64,000 bases of DNA from Amphiscolops sp. MND2022 (taxonomy: Eukaryota), in contig OZ076410.1 of assembly GCA_964187785.1 (NCBI GenBank), positions 89,342,001 through 89,406,000 of the forward strand, read 5' to 3'. Position numbers and translations under genes: made by a program. Positions 60,101 to 64,000 of the stretch are shown here, piece after piece; within the stretch, counting starts at the first letter, position 1, and each line of letters opens with the position of its first letter. Under the pieces are notes generated by a model. That model was given only the letters and a program-made list of their open reading frames with translations. It did not search any database and was not told the origin of the DNA.

Positions 60101-61119
60101 TAATAGGTTAGATCATCCATGGAATCAATAACCATTGCACATTGAGCCATTCGTGTATATGTTTGGACCCCTAAGGCGCGCGTATATAACAGTAAGGCCT
60201 TATGAACATAAACTCTGATGTTATGTGAGTCTTAACCAGTCGTTCCTACTTTCATAGAACTTCATTCGAACATTCATTCAAAGTACTCATCTACAAGTCC
60301 CAGATGGAATTCATACAAGTTACATTCATCGTTCGAACGCCTGAATTAAAAAGGGTGACTTGTCTAAAGTTATCATCGTGACACTGAGGGATAGTGTTCA
60401 CCAAAGAGCATCTACAACATTTAATTTCGGCAAGGCTCCTGGCCTCCGTTCTTGATAAATTGGCCCATTTTGTAAGAACCCATCCGTTCCAAAGCCCCAG
60501 TCTATCAACCCCCACAATTTACCCAGTCTATCAACCCTGAGGGCTTCAGACACAAACCTAACCAATCGCAGGAATACCACATTTGGGTGTGTGTCAATCT
60601 CCTTAAAAAACAGTCCCCAAAAAACAATCACCACAGTGAACCGTAACAATCAACCGTATTGCACTTGACGAGACCCACGTGGCCTCCTTCGGGTCTCAAA
60701 AAAAGTAAAGCACTATAGGCTCCAGGGGTTTGGTACTGCAGTGAATTCCCAAATCGAATTTAGAGAAGTTTACCAGTATCATGGTAGTTGATGCATTTGA
60801 ATGACTCTGAAACCTGATTTATTATAGCCAAAAAACTCCATCAAACTGCAGATCATAAGGTCATACATTGACAACGATAGATTGGAAAGAATGAAAGCTC
60901 CTGGTTATCTTATATTGCAGTGAATTCTTAAATCGAATTTAGATAAGTTTATGATGCAATTGAATGACTCTAATACTGTTTTCTTATCATGAAAAATGTT
61001 TCATGAAATTGAATTAAGTTGCTAAGAAGCCACAAATTTATCCTTTTTCCTAACGTTTCCCCAAGTTTTTAATTGTCTCGGGGAAAGGAAAAAGTTGCAA
61101 ATATTATTTCAGACCGATC

Positions 61120-61290
61120 ATAGTCTGAACCATATATGGCCCAGAATATGGTCAGGCTGGAACCATAAACTTTGCTTTTTTATGGAACCAGGCTGATCAT
61201 AGACTGGACCATATATGTCCAGAGTATGGTCAGCCTGGAACCATAAACCTTTATGGTCCAGAGTATGATCAGCCTGGAATCATACTGTGA
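61120..61290. repeat. Short degenerate tandem repeat (CCAGAGTATGRTCAGCCTGGAACCATA-like)
   Basis: The motif recurs about four times with variable spacers. Confidence 0.6.
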
Positions 61291-61644
61291 GTATGATGGC
61301 AGATTATGATTGACTTGTTCTTGTATGGGAGGGAAACCCGGGTTGTTTTTAAAGGTACGCGGTATCGGATTAACGGGTCCTGGAGACTGTACAAATGGAT
61401 CACAATAATAAAAGTAGTCGGTTGCTACCTGAACTAATTGTAAACAACGGTAATGAATGTTTAGTCGAACTATAAGTATGTTTGATAGAGACGTATCTTT
61501 GTGAACATGTATAAACACGCAATAATCAAATCAAATATACCCAAGAGGGGTTTGAAGTATGGGGACTGTTCAATTCGTCAAATATTCAATTAGTCGAACA
61601 CGTATTAATTTAGCGAGCATGGTATGACGTAACGGAATGAATTG

Positions 61645-62212
61645 TGTGATAATCCTCTATATGAGATTCTTCGTTTGAAAGTATTGTTACATCTACGTCT
61701 GATTCCTTTTGATACAATGGTTTCACAGGATGTTTCAAGTCTTTCGTTTTAGAAGCTCTGAGAGAATAATCTTCGCCTTCTGAATCTAAGTATTCGAAGT
61801 TCGATGCGTGCACTCCTATAGACTTATTCACCTTCGATATCGATGGTTGCATACCTTGTATTTCATTTGCTTCTGATCTGCGATTTGTTACATTCGATGC
61901 ACTTTTATTTGATTTGATTTCCTTAAGGATAGTTTCAACCTTGTTTTCCATCTCTTCACTCATTTTTTCTATTTTATCATTGTTCTTTTGTTCGATTACT
62001 TGGGTCCAGACTTGGATCTCGTTACTGATCTGACTAGGTTCAACTAATTGGTTTACTGAGTTGTTTTTACCTAAACTTTCTTGAACAACCGTATTAAAAT
62101 TAGTTAAAGTCTCATTACCTGTATTGAGAGTTTATACCTGAGTTCGTTCTACTTCTCTATCTGCGAACGGCGTCTCACGCCTTCTAGACCTTCGATTCCT
62201 CCTGTTTCCCAT
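61645..62212 (-). pseudogene. gag: Gag N-terminal region inside LTR D (189 codons, one stop)
   Basis: MGNRRNRRSRRRETP...EEMENKVETILKEIK...EDYH, ending exactly at the LTR end; placed like the family B gag N-terminus (basic start, helical middle, ends Y-A|TGG). Confidence 0.55.
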
Positions 62213-63205
62213 TTCTCCAGTGAAAAGTTTGTTTGCTTGCTGGGGAAGAAATTGAATTTTCAATTTAGACAAATGTCCAGTTGAACAAAGAATTCAACAA
62301 AAGTTGAAGGAAAACTGCATGTACAGTATTTCAGAGAAAATGAGCACAACTAGTTTCAAGTAAGGTTTTTTTCTGTTGTGTTCCTTATCCCAGCACTTTT
62401 CCTCAATTATTACACCAAGACACTCGCAATTTTACTTGTCATCATCACCAAGAGTATAAAAAACCTGACGTCATGTGACGCAATTCTATTTATAACCCAA
62501 TTATGTTTATTGCATGACATTCAACATCCACATGATAAGAACAGGTTTAAAACCCTGGAAAACTGCAATGCGATGTATATGCGTTACTAAGAGTCTGCAA
62601 GGTAACGTATAAACACTGCAAGGAATGGAATAAGGCACAGCATGATCAAAAGGGAATGTACAATATCATACATACACCCCGTCTCTTCCTCATAGAGACG
62701 TTTAGACGTTATGTAATCAACTTACAACGCGGTGTAATGGAAATGGCAGATTTCCGCATATTGACGTATATGCGACAGAGCTATACCGCATACCGCATGG
62801 TATAGTACAAGTGAGGAGTGAAATCAGCACAATGAAGTACATACATCACGATATTGATGTATAATGACTTAATGGCAATTATTCAGTAGTTTCATATGTA
62901 GTTCTCACTCTATTTCCATTCACAAAAGTGATCCAAATTCAATAGGATGACTCACCAAATCTTTATGCAATTTAAGTTAAAAGACTAAAATGGCCTATAT
63001 GTTACATATATCCTGATAAAACTTGAAAACAAATAATTACATGACTTGTTCAATGCCCAAGTAAGACAGGTACACAAACGGTAGAGAAAGAGAGTTTTTT
63101 TAGTTTATGGTTTTCAGACCGTCTGGGGCTTACTCCTTTGAATCGTACTCGAAGTTCTCTTTCAAGCTTGCACAACAAGTCCAGAGCAACCCCGAGGCTG
63201 CGACA
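61645..63205 (-). mobile_element. Solo LTR of Gypsy family D (1561 bp) with 5-bp TSD AATTG
   Basis: Minus strand runs TGTCGC...ATCACA; AATTG at 61640-61644 and 63206-63210. Confidence 0.6.
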
Positions 63206-64000
63206 AATTGATTTCGGCCAATCAAATTCGAGCATTCAAAATTACGATAAGTATTCAGCTATGTTCACATACTCCTTGTCCCCAAATGCAGGATTGAAGC
63301 GAAGCGCAGCGACGTGCCATATGGCCATGCCTCAATATTGCTACTTGGCGAAGGGAGCAAAGCGACAACAAAAATGCCAATCACCACAAATTATAACCAA
63401 ATGAAAATAATCGCGGGTATGGAATTCTTTCGACGCATTGAATAGTTTTTCATTTTTCGACGATTTGAACGTTCGACGAATTCAAGTTGCACCTTGAAGT
63501 ATAGTAGAGTAATAACATCCGAGTTGGAGAGCTAGCATGAAGTTAAGTCTCACGGAGGCAAGGTACGTGTTTGAGTTGGACTCGCGCTTCTCGATAGCGA
63601 ACGTAAAGGCCTGAGACCGACTCTGAGTGTTTCTAGTAGCGAAAGCAAATTTTGGAAATTTGTGGCTGATTTGTGGATTTTAATCTTTGCCAGTTTGTTA
63701 TGACCGAGTGAATATTGTCAAGAGTAGATTTGATTATTACAGGTTTTTATTTACAATTTTGCAGTTCTTGCATCTTGATCAATCATAATGGCGGAAACAG
63801 CGAAACGAACAATCACACTCTCATTGTCACGTCAAAGATGGATTTGATTTTTTCACCAATTCCTTCAAGATCATCATGGCTGGGGAGGAAAGTGGGTTGT
63901 CGGGTTTATTGCTCGGAATAATAGAGTGCGACGCGACAAAAAGCTGAGTTTTGATGCTTCTAACTAAATATTTGATATTTTAATCACGAAAAGAAAGTAA

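Noticed and set aside
59130-60700. MITE-like or transposase-like fragments (GTGAAATTTGGTAC, TACGGGCTTAA, ORF 60398-60649)
   Set aside because: No paired terminal inverted repeats, TSD or catalytic motif could be identified.

Overview
AT-rich eukaryotic (probably invertebrate animal) scaffold region made almost entirely of nested LTR retrotransposons, with one 200-N assembly gap and one probable host GPCR exon. The centrepiece is a near-complete 18,765-bp Ty3/Gypsy element (family A, 29691-48455). It has ~2.1-kb LTRs, a 4-bp TSD, PBS, PPT and a -1 gag/pol frameshift, and a virus-like accessory repertoire: a TARG1/OARD1-like macrodomain inside Pol, an intact chuvirus-G/herpes-gB-like (class III) envelope gene, a PAM2 + coiled-coil + TRAF/MATH gene, four small paralogous ORFs (three linked by stop/start overlaps), an antisense ORF, a covarying 47-bp hairpin array in the LTR, and a duplicated pseudoknot-like module before env. 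Also present: a degenerate second env-bearing Gypsy (family C); a tandem Gypsy (family B) with an antisense BED-finger/hAT-like region and an LTR-encoded ORF; a solo LTR (family D) indicating that ~189 codons of gag lie inside the LTR; and a decayed BEL/Pao element with a 3.4-kb tandem duplication. All protein-family assignments come from motif recognition by eye, not from database searches.
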